From a bacterium (lineage in GTDB: Bacteria > Bacillota > Clostridia > Oscillospirales > CAG-272), in the NCBI GenBank assembly GCA_963643175.1, contig CAVIJF010000003.1:9649-73648 (forward strand): 64,000 nt of DNA, in the 5' to 3' direction. The notes beneath the pieces are model-generated. The model saw only the letters and a list, made by a program, of their open reading frames with translations, searched no databases and was not told the origin of the DNA. Positions within the stretch are counted from its first letter, which is position 1, and every line of letters starts with the position of its first letter. This document shows, piece by piece, positions 36,923 through 45,659 of this stretch. The position numbers and the translations under genes were made by a program.

Positions 36923-37118
36923 GACCCGTGTGCCGCACCTGCGGAACACGGTTCCGCAGGGAAGGGAATAGCTTCCGGTCAATATGCCGTCCGGCTGCAC
37001 CTCCGAGGGGAGCCGGACGGCTCTGCACGGTTCATGATTCAGCCCGCCGCCGGCGGGGTTCCATGATAGATCCGCGTGAGACAGCGGATCACAATATTAC
37101 GAAAGAAGGATAACCAAA

Positions 37119-37313
37119 ATGGGAAAGGTTAAAACACATCGCGCTTCCGCCAAGAGATTTTCCGTTACCGGAACCGGCAAGGTGAAGATCTTCCACAGCT
37201 CTCACCGCCACAACCTGGGCAAGAAGCCCTCCAAGAGAAAGAGAAACCTGCGCAGCTCCGCGATTCTGAGCGAAGCAATGACCGCCAATGTCCGCGCCCT
37301 GATCCAGAAGTAA
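37119..37313 (+). CDS. rpmI: 50S ribosomal protein L35
   Basis: MGKVKTHRASAKRFSVTGTGKVKIFHSSHRHNLGKK. Confidence 0.95.
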   Translation: MGKVKTHRASAKRFSVTGTGKVKIFHSSHRHNLGKKPSKRKRNLRSSAILSEAMTANVRALIQK

Positions 37314-37355
37314 GATCGGCGAGACACCTGATAACAGTATAGGAGGAAACGAAAA

Positions 37356-37709
37356 ATGGCAAGAATCAAGGGCGCGATGATGACCCGCAAGAGAAGAAAT
37401 AAGGTTCTGAAGGCAGCCAAGGGCTACTGGGGCAGCAAATCGAAGCACTTCAAGATGGCGAAGGAAGCCGTCATGAAGAGCGGCAACTATGCCTTTGCCG
37501 GTCGCCGCAAGAAGAAGAGAGACTTCCGCCGCCTGTGGATTACCCGTATCTCCGCCGGATGCAAGATCAACGGCATGAACTACTCCAGCTTCATGAACGG
37601 GCTGAAGAAGGCGGGCATCACCCTGAACCGCAAGATGCTCTCCGAGATCGCAATCGCCGATCCTGCTGCTTTCACCGCTCTGTGCGAGCAGGCGAAGGCT
37701 GCACTGTAA
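37356..37709 (+). CDS. rplT: 50S ribosomal protein L20
   Basis: [39 protein letters not shown]. Confidence 0.95.
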   Translation: MARIKGAMMTRKRRNKVLKAAKGYWGSKSKHFKMAKEAVMKSGNYAFAGRRKKKRDFRRLWITRISAGCKINGMNYSSFMNGLKKAGITLNRKMLSEIAIADPAAFTALCEQAKAAL

Positions 37710-37720
37710 TTCACCTGCAC

Positions 37721-37755
37721 GACAAAACCCGGTGACAGAAAGCCGGGTTTTTGTC
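37721..37755 (+). terminator. Intrinsic terminator of infC-rpmI-rplT
   Basis: GACAAAACCCGG-tgacagaaag-CCGGGTTTTTGTC. Confidence 0.75.
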
Positions 37756-37844
37756 ATGATGGAGGGGATTTCCGCCGTCTCGCCGCACCGCGCCGTGTGC
37801 GCAGTCCGGACAGGACAGCCGGGCGTCCCCGGAAAGGAACCGAT

Positions 37845-38699
37845 ATGCCCTTTTGCTTTTCCGAAGCACCCATCACTTCCCGGCAGAACCGGCGCATTGT
37901 CGGTCTGTGCAAGCTCGCCGACCGGGGCGAACGCGAGCGCACGGGGCTGTTCCGCTTTGACGGCGTTAAACTGCTTTGCGAGGCGGTGCGCCGGGCGGTG
38001 CCGCTGACGGCTGTCTATGTCCGCGCGGGCAGCGCCCGGCGCGTGGCGGAACGTATGGCGGAGCTGTACGGGCTGGCGCCGGAGGCGCTTGCCTGCCCGG
38101 CATATGCCGTGGAGGACGGTCTGTTTGACCGGATTTCCGAAGAAAATGCGCCGGAGGGCGTGATTTGTGCGGCAAAGGCTCTTGACAAACGCCACAAAAT
38201 GTATACAATAAATGAGAAGGATTTACCGCCTGTCCCGGACGGACCCGCCGTCCTGCTGGAATCGCTCCGCGATCCGGTGAACGTCGGGGCAATTATCCGC
38301 ACCGCCGCGGCGCTGGGTGTCGGGTGCCTGATTCTCAGCCGGGACTGCGCCGACATTTACCATCCGCGCACGGTCCGCGCCGCCATGGGGACGCTTTTTT
38401 CCATGACAATCCTGCGCGTGGACGACCTTGCCGCCGCGATAGCGGGTCTGCGCCGCTCCGGACGCCGGGTGTATGCCGCCGCGCTGGACGCGGATGCCGT
38501 CCGGCTGGGGACGCTTGCCTTCGGCGCACAGGATTGCGTGGTGATAGGCAACGAGGGGCACGGACTGTCGCCCGCCGTGACAGGCGCCTGCGATGGAACC
38601 GTCTATATCCCCATGCAGGGTGGTACGGAATCGCTCAATGCTTCGGTGGCGGCGGCACTGCTCATGTGGGAGCTGCACCGGGGCGGTCGGGCGGACTGA
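37845..38699 (+). CDS. TrmH/SpoU-family RNA 2'-O-methyltransferase
   Basis: SPOUT motifs LESLRDPVNVGAIIRTAAALG, VVIGNEGHGLS and IPMQGGTESLNASVAAALLMWE. The ATG at 37845 follows GGAAAGGAA. Confidence 0.85.
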   Translation: MPFCFSEAPITSRQNRRIVGLCKLADRGERERTGLFRFDGVKLLCEAVRRAVPLTAVYVRAGSARRVAERMAELYGLAPEALACPAYAVEDGLFDRISEENAPEGVICAAKALDKRHKMYTINEKDLPPVPDGPAVLLESLRDPVNVGAIIRTAAALGVGCLILSRDCADIYHPRTVRAAMGTLFSMTILRVDDLAAAIAGLRRSGRRVYAAALDADAVRLGTLAFGAQDCVVIGNEGHGLSPAVTGACDGTVYIPMQGGTESLNASVAAALLMWELHRGGRAD

Positions 38700-38744
38700 A
38701 CGGAACAAATCAGCGGTTCCCCGGAACCGAAAGGAGACTGCGCT

Positions 38745-40085
38745 ATGCCACAGGACAGACTGTTTGATATCTGGTTCGCCCTCCGGGTCGGGATTGCCTG
38801 CCGGGAGTTTGCGGCTGTGCTGGATGCCTATGAGTCCACCTACCAGCTTTTCAACGCCGATGCCGCCGAGCTGGAACAGCTCCCCTGCAGTGAACGCCTG
38901 CGGACGGCGCTGGGGGACAGAAGTCTGGATGAGGCGTACCGCATCAAGAGTTACTGCGAGAAGGCGGGCGTCCGCCTGCTGTTCTGGCGGGATGCGGAGT
39001 ATCCTGCCAGCCTGCGGACCCTGCTTGACCCGCCCGTCCTGCTCTACTGCCTCGGCAGACTGCCGGACTTTTCCCGTCGCCTGTGCATCAGCATCGTCGG
39101 GACGCGCACCATGAGCGAATACGGTAAGCGCATGGCGTATAAAATAGGCTATGAACTGGCGGCAGCTGGTACCGTACCCGTATCGGGCATGGCGCTGGGC
39201 TGTGACGGCGTGGCGACAGCCGGCGCACTGGCGGCGGGCGGACATCCGGTCGCCGTGCTGGGCAGCGGCATTGACATCGTGTATCCGTCCGGGCACCTGA
39301 CGCTGTACCGGGAACTGACCGCTCAGGGCACCGTTCTGACCGAGTACCCGCCCGGAACACCGCCGGAGGGGCGAAACTTCCCCGTGCGCAACCGCATCAT
39401 CAGCGGACTGTCGCAGGGAACCGTGGTCGTGGAGGCGGATGAGCACTCCGGTGCGCTGATTACCGCCCGCACCGCCATCCTGCAGGGGCGGGACATCTTT
39501 GCCGTGCCCGGCAATGTCGGGGAGGTCAATTCCTCCGGTACCAACGCCCTGCTGCGGGACGGCGCTTCCATGGTGCTGGGGGCGCGGGATATTCTGGACG
39601 CCTATGCATTCCTGTACCGCGACAATCTCAACTGGGTGGGGCTGACCCGCGCAGAGCAGTCCTCCGAGCCGGATGACGGCGTTCTGCGGCGGTATGACAT
39701 CCAGACCCGCACCGTGTCCTCCCGCGATTCCGGGACGCGCCGGGACGGCGCCAACCGTCCGATGCGGCGCAGTCCGGCACCGCCGCCGGCGGCGCAGACC
39801 GGGCATCCGACTCCCCCGCCGGAGCCTCCGGTGCGGGAGCAGGAACCGGCGCCGGACAGCACCCGCACACCCGTGACGGACAGCGACCGTTCCGGCAGGG
39901 TGCTGGAATCGCTGAGCGAAACACAGCGCGCCGTGTTCCTCGCCATGCCGCTGGATCACGCTGTTCCGGTGGACGCGCTGATGCGGGAGGGATTCTCCAT
40001 GGGGGATGTCCTTGCCGCCATGACCGTGCTGGAAATCAAGGGACTTATCACCTCCCTGCCCGGCGGTCTGTACGCGCGCCGCTGA
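38745..40085 (+). CDS. dprA: DNA-processing protein DprA (Smf) with long Pro/Arg-rich linker before the C-terminal winged helix
   Basis: Rossmann-like DprA core: IVGTRTMSEYG, SGMALGCDG, FPVRNRIISGLS, VVVEADEHSGALITA. Confidence 0.88.
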   Translation: MPQDRLFDIWFALRVGIACREFAAVLDAYESTYQLFNADAAELEQLPCSERLRTALGDRSLDEAYRIKSYCEKAGVRLLFWRDAEYPASLRTLLDPPVLLYCLGRLPDFSRRLCISIVGTRTMSEYGKRMAYKIGYELAAAGTVPVSGMALGCDGVATAGALAAGGHPVAVLGSGIDIVYPSGHLTLYRELTAQGTVLTEYPPGTPPEGRNFPVRNRIISGLSQGTVVVEADEHSGALITARTAILQGRDIFAVPGNVGEVNSSGTNALLRDGASMVLGARDILDAYAFLYRDNLNWVGLTRAEQSSEPDDGVLRRYDIQTRTVSSRDSGTRRDGANRPMRRSPAPPPAAQTGHPTPPPEPPVREQEPAPDSTRTPVTDSDRSGRVLESLSETQRAVFLAMPLDHAVPVDALMREGFSMGDVLAAMTVLEIKGLITSLPGGLYARR

Positions 40086-40169
40086 AACCCGCAGAACAGC
40101 AGCAACCGCAGCAATTTCTTCCCGAGAGGGAATATACCTCATAGATACAGATACACGAAAGGAAACCGT

Positions 40170-42470
40170 ATGGCAAATCTGGTTATCGTGGAGTCGCCCT
40201 CCAAGGCGAGCACCATCAAGGGCTATCTCGGCTCCAACTACAAGGTGGTGGCTTCGGTGGGTCACGTCCGGGATCTTCCCAAAAGCACCCTCGGCGTTGA
40301 CATCGAGAATCATTTTCAGGCACATTATATCAACATCCGCGGCAAGGGCGACCTCATCAAGGAGATACGCAAGGAAGCCAAAGCCGCGAACAAGGTTTTC
40401 CTTGCGACCGACCCGGACCGCGAGGGAGAGGCTATCTCGTGGCATCTTGCGAACGCACTGGGCATCCCGGTGGAGCAGGTACAGCGCGTGACCTTCAACG
40501 AAATTACCAAGTCTGTGGTCAAGGCGTCCATCAGGCAGCCCCGTCCGCTGGATATGAATCTGGTCAACGCCCAGCAGACCCGCCGCATTCTGGACCGTAT
40601 CGTGGGCTACAAGCTGTCCCCGTACCTGTGGAAAACCGTGCGGAGCGGACTGTCCGCCGGACGTGTGCAGTCGGTGGCGACCAAGCTGATTGTGGACAGG
40701 GAGAACGAAATCCGCGCCTTTGTGCCGGAGGAGTACTGGACGGTGGACGCGGTTCTGCTGTGCGCCGACGGAAAATCCGTCCGGGTGCGCTTTGTCGGCA
40801 ACCGGGAGGGCAAGGTGCGTCTGACTTGCGAGGCAGACGCCCGGCGCGTTGTGGACGATGTGACCGGCGGCACCTTCTCGGTGGCGTCCGTCAAGCGGGC
40901 GACCCGCCGGAAGAATCCGCCCCCGCCCTTCACCACCTCCACTATGCAGCAGGAGGCGTCCCGCAAGCTGAACTTCCAGTCCTCCCGCGTCATGCGCGTG
41001 GCGCAGGAGCTGTATGAAGGCGTCAATATCGGCGCGGAGCTGGGCGGCACGCAGGGTCTGATTACCTATATGCGTACCGATTCACTGCGCGTTTCCTCGG
41101 AGGCGCAGACCGCCGCCGCCGAGCTGATACGCGGCAGGTACGGGGAGCGCTACTGCCCCGAGACGCCCCGCGTATACAAGGCGCGCGCCGGCGCACAGGA
41201 CGCGCACGAGGCTATCCGCCCGGCGCGGGTGGAGCTTGACCCCGCCACCGTGCGCAAGTCACTGACGCCTGACCAGTACCGGCTGTACAAGCTGATCTGG
41301 GAGCGCTTTGTCGCCAGCCAGATGGAATCCGCCGAGCTGGAAACGCTGACGGTCGATCTGGAGTGCGGTGGCTGGGTGTTCCGCGCGAGCGGGTATACCG
41401 TGACCTTCCCCGGCTACATGGCGGTCTATGAGGAGGCCGCCGATGACGGACAGCGCAGCCGCCGGGCGGACGACCCGGAGGAGCAGCGCGACCTACGCAT
41501 TCCGCCCCTGCACGAGGGGGAGAAACTGCCCTGCACGGCGGTCGAACCGGGCAGGCACTTCACGGAGCCGCCCCCGCGCTACACGGAGGGTTCCTTCATC
41601 AAACTGCTGGAGGAAAAGGGAATCGGGCGTCCGAGTACCTTTGCCACCATCGTGTCCACCATCACGACGCGCGGCTATGTCAAGCGTGAGGGCAAGGCAC
41701 TGGTGCCGACCCAGCTGGGCGAGGTGACGAACGACATTATGCTCCGGAACTTTGCCACCATCGTGGACGAGCATTTTACCGCCCGCATGGAGAGCGACCT
41801 GGACGGCATCGAGGAAGGCAAGGAGAGCATGGAGGACGTGCTGAGCCGCTTCTGGGGCGGCTTTGAGAAGCAGCTGGAGCAGGCGGAGCAGCAGATAGGC
41901 TCTGTCAGCGTTTCCCTGCCGGTCGAGGAGACGGACTTTATCTGCGACAAGTGCGGTAGTCGCATGATTGTGAAGAACGGGCGCTTCGGCAAATTTGCCG
42001 CCTGCCCGAACTACCCGACCTGCAAGTCCACCCGCCCGCTGACCGATCCGGTCAAGAATCCCGCCGAGGCGGTGCCGACCGGCATGAAGTGCGAGCTGTG
42101 CGGCGCGGATATGGTGCTGCGTTCAGGGCGCTACGGTTCCTTCTATGCCTGCTCGCACTACCCGGAGTGTAAGTTCACCAAGCAGAAAACCAAGGAAATC
42201 GGCGTGCCGTGCCCCAAGTGCGGCGGGCAGATTGTGATGAAGAACGGACGCAACCGGGCAGTGTTCTACTCCTGCGACAATTACCCCAAGTGCGATTTCT
42301 CCTCGTGGGATATGCCGACCAACGAGAAATGCCCGCAGTGCAGCGGGATGCTGTTCCGCAAGAAGGGCAAGCCCCTGCTGGTCTGTCATACCGAGGGATG
42401 CGGATACTCGCGCCCGTATGAGCCGGAGGACGCGCCGTCCGCTCCGGAGAGCGGTACGGGTGAGGTGTGA
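40170..42470 (+). CDS. topA: DNA topoisomerase I with four C-terminal zinc ribbons
   Basis: MANLVIVESPSKASTIKGYLG Toprim, active-site region LITYMRTDS, and four CxxC...C-type repeats in the C-terminus. Confidence 0.95.
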   Translation: MANLVIVESPSKASTIKGYLGSNYKVVASVGHVRDLPKSTLGVDIENHFQAHYINIRGKGDLIKEIRKEAKAANKVFLATDPDREGEAISWHLANALGIPVEQVQRVTFNEITKSVVKASIRQPRPLDMNLVNAQQTRRILDRIVGYKLSPYLWKTVRSGLSAGRVQSVATKLIVDRENEIRAFVPEEYWTVDAVLLCADGKSVRVRFVGNREGKVRLTCEADARRVVDDVTGGTFSVASVKRATRRKNPPPPFTTSTMQQEASRKLNFQSSRVMRVAQELYEGVNIGAELGGTQGLITYMRTDSLRVSSEAQTAAAELIRGRYGERYCPETPRVYKARAGAQDAHEAIRPARVELDPATVRKSLTPDQYRLYKLIWERFVASQMESAELETLTVDLECGGWVFRASGYTVTFPGYMAVYEEAADDGQRSRRADDPEEQRDLRIPPLHEGEKLPCTAVEPGRHFTEPPPRYTEGSFIKLLEEKGIGRPSTFATIVSTITTRGYVKREGKALVPTQLGEVTNDIMLRNFATIVDEHFTARMESDLDGIEEGKESMEDVLSRFWGGFEKQLEQAEQQIGSVSVSLPVEETDFICDKCGSRMIVKNGRFGKFAACPNYPTCKSTRPLTDPVKNPAEAVPTGMKCELCGADMVLRSGRYGSFYACSHYPECKFTKQKTKEIGVPCPKCGGQIVMKNGRNRAVFYSCDNYPKCDFSSWDMPTNEKCPQCSGMLFRKKGKPLLVCHTEGCGYSRPYEPEDAPSAPESGTGEV

Positions 42471-42472
42471 GT

Positions 42473-43810
42473 ATGCCGACTATCCACGTATACGGCGCCG
42501 GGCTTGCCGGTTCCGAGGCGGCATGGCAGGCGGCGCGGCAGGGCGTTGACGTTGTTCTGCACGAGATGAAGCCGCATAAGATGACGCCTGCCCACCACAG
42601 CGAGGGCTTTGCCGAGCTGGTCTGCTCCAATTCGCTGCGCTCCGACCGGCTGAGCAACGCCGTCGGACTGCTCAAGGAGGAGCTTACCCGGATGGGCTCG
42701 CTCATCATGGAGGCGGCACGCGCCACGCAGGTTGCCGCCGGTTCGGCGCTGGCGGTGGACCGGGACAGATTCTCGGCGTATATCACGGATAAAATCCGCA
42801 GTCACCCCCGCATTACGGTCGTGGAGGAGGAGGTGTCCGGCATTCCGGACGGGCAGATTACCGTCGTGGCGACGGGACCGCTGACCTCCGACCCGATGGC
42901 GGCGTATATCCGGGAGCACTTTGCCGGCGACGGACTGCATTTCTTTGACGCGGTGGCACCCATCGTGGACGCCTCCACCATCAACATGGACATTGCCTTT
43001 TTCGCGTCCCGCTACAACAAGGGGGACGCGGACTATATCAACTGCCCCATGACCCGTGAGCAGTATGACGTGTTCTATCAGGCGCTGATCGGCGCCGAGG
43101 AGGCACCGCTCAAGGAGTTCGACCGGAACCTGCAGAAGGAACTGAAGGTGTTTGAGGGCTGTATGCCGGTCGAGGTCATGGCAAAGCGCGGGTACGATAC
43201 GCTCTGCTACGGTCCGCTCAAGCCTGTGGGACTGACCGACCCGCGCACGGGCACTCATTCCTTCGCTGTGGTGCAGCTGCGGCGGGAGAATCAGGCTGGC
43301 ACCATGTACAATCTGGTCGGGTTCCAGACCCACCTGACATTTCCGGAACAGCGGCGTGTGTTCCGCCTGATACCCGGACTGGAGAACGCGGAATTTCTCC
43401 GCTACGGCGTCATGCACCGCAACACCTACCTTCCCTCGCCGGATATGCTGGAGCCGGATTATTCCGTGCGGACGGCGCCGCAGGTATACTTTGCCGGGCA
43501 GATGACCGGTGTGGAGGGATACATTGAGTCCACCGGCTCCGGTTTTGTGGCAGGTTTCAACGCCGCCCGCCGTGCCCGGGGCATGGAACCGGTCATTTTC
43601 CCGACCGTCACCATGTTGGGCGCTATGGCAAACTATGTCAGCCGGGGCGGGATGGGGGATTTTGCCCCCATGAATGCCAACTTCGGCATCGTGCCCCTGC
43701 CGGAGAAGAAAATCCGAGGCGGCAAGCTGGTGCGCAACGAAGCATTGGCGGCGCGTTCGCTGGCATGGATTGACGCCTTCACGGCGGGGCAGGAAACGCC
43801 GGCGCCCTGA
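42473..43810 (+). CDS. trmFO: Methylenetetrahydrofolate--tRNA-(uracil-5-)-methyltransferase TrmFO
   Basis: FAD motif VYGAGLAGSEAAWQAA. The dprA-topA-trmFO order is conserved in Firmicutes. An alternative GTG at 42467 overlaps the topA stop. Confidence 0.9.
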   Translation: MPTIHVYGAGLAGSEAAWQAARQGVDVVLHEMKPHKMTPAHHSEGFAELVCSNSLRSDRLSNAVGLLKEELTRMGSLIMEAARATQVAAGSALAVDRDRFSAYITDKIRSHPRITVVEEEVSGIPDGQITVVATGPLTSDPMAAYIREHFAGDGLHFFDAVAPIVDASTINMDIAFFASRYNKGDADYINCPMTREQYDVFYQALIGAEEAPLKEFDRNLQKELKVFEGCMPVEVMAKRGYDTLCYGPLKPVGLTDPRTGTHSFAVVQLRRENQAGTMYNLVGFQTHLTFPEQRRVFRLIPGLENAEFLRYGVMHRNTYLPSPDMLEPDYSVRTAPQVYFAGQMTGVEGYIESTGSGFVAGFNAARRARGMEPVIFPTVTMLGAMANYVSRGGMGDFAPMNANFGIVPLPEKKIRGGKLVRNEALAARSLAWIDAFTAGQETPAP

Positions 43811-43837
43811 CCCCGCGGTCAGAGAAAAGGAGTCTGT

Positions 43838-44854
43838 ATGCAACAGAAAAGAATCATTGTGGACTGCATGGGCGGTGACCGCGCGCCCGGGGAGATGCTG
43901 GCAGGCACCGTTGCCGCCAAAGCCGCGCTGGGCGGGGAATACCTGCTGGTCGGCGTCCGGTCGGAGATGGAAGCCGCTGCCCGCGCCCGCGGCATTGACC
44001 TGTCCGCGTTTGCCCTGCGCGATGCGGAATCTGTCGTCGGGATGGAGGACGACCCCATGTGCGTCCTGCACGCCAAAAAGAACTCGTCCATGTCGGTCGC
44101 ACTGCGCGCCTTGCGGGACGGGGAGGGGGACGCCGTGGTCAGCACCGGCAACACCGGTGCGCTGTTCACCGGCGCCAGCCTTATTGTCCGGCGGATGCAG
44201 GGCGTACACCGCGCCGCCATTGCCACGGTGCTGGCATTCGAGAAGCCTATCCTGCTGCTGGACTCCGGCGCCAACGTGACGGTACAGCCGGATTTCCTGC
44301 CGCAGTTTGCCGTCATGGGCTCGGCGTACATGAAGGGACTGTTCGGTCTGGAGGCACCCCGCGTCGGTCTGCTGAACAACGGCGCCGAGGCGTGCAAGGG
44401 CACCCCCACGCAGACGGAGGCGTACCGCCTGCTGTCCGCCATGCCCGGCATTCATTTTGTCGGGAATGTGGAACCGAACGCTCTGCCGTTCAATGTCTGC
44501 GATGTCGCGGTGGCGGACGGCTTCACGGGCAATATATGCCTGAAGGCGTATGAGGGCGTGAGCCGGTTCATCCTGCACGGGCTGAAGGATATATTCATGA
44601 CCAACGCGCTGACAAAGCTGTCCGCGCTGGGTATAAAGAAGCCGCTGGCGCAGTTCCGCAAGAAGGTGGATACCGCCGAGTACGGCGGCAGTCCCATTCT
44701 GGGACTGTGCAAGCCAGTCATCAAGGCGCACGGTTCCAGCGACGCGCGCGCCTTTGCCAACGCCATCCGGCAGGCGACCCGCCTTTGCGAGTCCGGCGTG
44801 CTGGACGGACTGGAGGCGGAGATAGCCGCCGGTGTCGCGGCGGACGGGGAATAG
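43838..44854 (+). CDS. plsX: Phosphate acyltransferase PlsX
   Basis: IIVDCMGGDRAP N-terminus and the motif PILGLCKPVIKAHGSSD. Confidence 0.92.
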   Translation: MQQKRIIVDCMGGDRAPGEMLAGTVAAKAALGGEYLLVGVRSEMEAAARARGIDLSAFALRDAESVVGMEDDPMCVLHAKKNSSMSVALRALRDGEGDAVVSTGNTGALFTGASLIVRRMQGVHRAAIATVLAFEKPILLLDSGANVTVQPDFLPQFAVMGSAYMKGLFGLEAPRVGLLNNGAEACKGTPTQTEAYRLLSAMPGIHFVGNVEPNALPFNVCDVAVADGFTGNICLKAYEGVSRFILHGLKDIFMTNALTKLSALGIKKPLAQFRKKVDTAEYGGSPILGLCKPVIKAHGSSDARAFANAIRQATRLCESGVLDGLEAEIAAGVAADGE

Positions 44855-44896
44855 ACGGTAAAAACAACGGATGTACGGAAAGGAAGGGAATCAGCC

Positions 44897-45646
44897 ATGG
44901 GGCATGAAAGGGAACGCACTGTACCGATAGACGCAGACTGTCTTTCGGCATTGGAGAGCCGCATCGGCTACCGCTTCCGCGACCGGGGACTGCTGTGCCG
45001 GGCGCTGACGCACTCCTCCTATTCCAACGAAACGGGACAGCGCAACCATCACCTTCTGTGCAACGAGCGGCTGGAATTTCTGGGCGATTCGGTGCTGTCG
45101 CTGGTGGTCAGCGAGTATCTGTTCACGACATACCGCGAGCTGCCGGAGGGCGATCTGACCTGCCTGCGCAAGGATGTGGTCTGTGCGGACGCACTGGCGC
45201 GGTACGCCCGGCAGATTGACCTCGGCAGCTGTCTGCTGCTGGGCATAGGCGAGGAAAAGACCGGCGGCAGGGACAAGGTGAACATTCTGGCGGATGCCTT
45301 TGAGGCACTGCTGGCTGCCATGTTTGAGGACGCGGGGCGCGGCGGGGATGCCAAGGACGTCATAGCCGCGTTTCTGCTCCCTTTCGTGCGGCGCGATCTG
45401 CGGGAACTGGAGAGCCGGGGCGGGGACGGAGACTACAAGACCCCCCTGCAGCAGCTGATTCAGCAGACCGAGGGGGATGTGCTGGAGTACGTCCTGATCC
45501 GCGAGGAAGGACCCGACCATATGAAGACCTTCGAGGTGGAGGCACGGCTGAACTCCAATGTCATCGGACGCGGGGTGGGTCGTTCCAAGCGCAAGGCGGA
45601 GCAGGCGGCGGCGCGGGACGCGCTGAACCTGTTCGGAGTAAAGTAA
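44897..45646 (+). CDS. rnc: Ribonuclease III
   Basis: RNase III signature NERLEFLGDSVL plus a C-terminal dsRBD (GRSKRKAEQAAARDAL). Confidence 0.93.
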   Translation: MGHERERTVPIDADCLSALESRIGYRFRDRGLLCRALTHSSYSNETGQRNHHLLCNERLEFLGDSVLSLVVSEYLFTTYRELPEGDLTCLRKDVVCADALARYARQIDLGSCLLLGIGEEKTGGRDKVNILADAFEALLAAMFEDAGRGGDAKDVIAAFLLPFVRRDLRELESRGGDGDYKTPLQQLIQQTEGDVLEYVLIREEGPDHMKTFEVEARLNSNVIGRGVGRSKRKAEQAAARDALNLFGVK

Positions 45647-45659
45647 AAGGAGACCGCGT

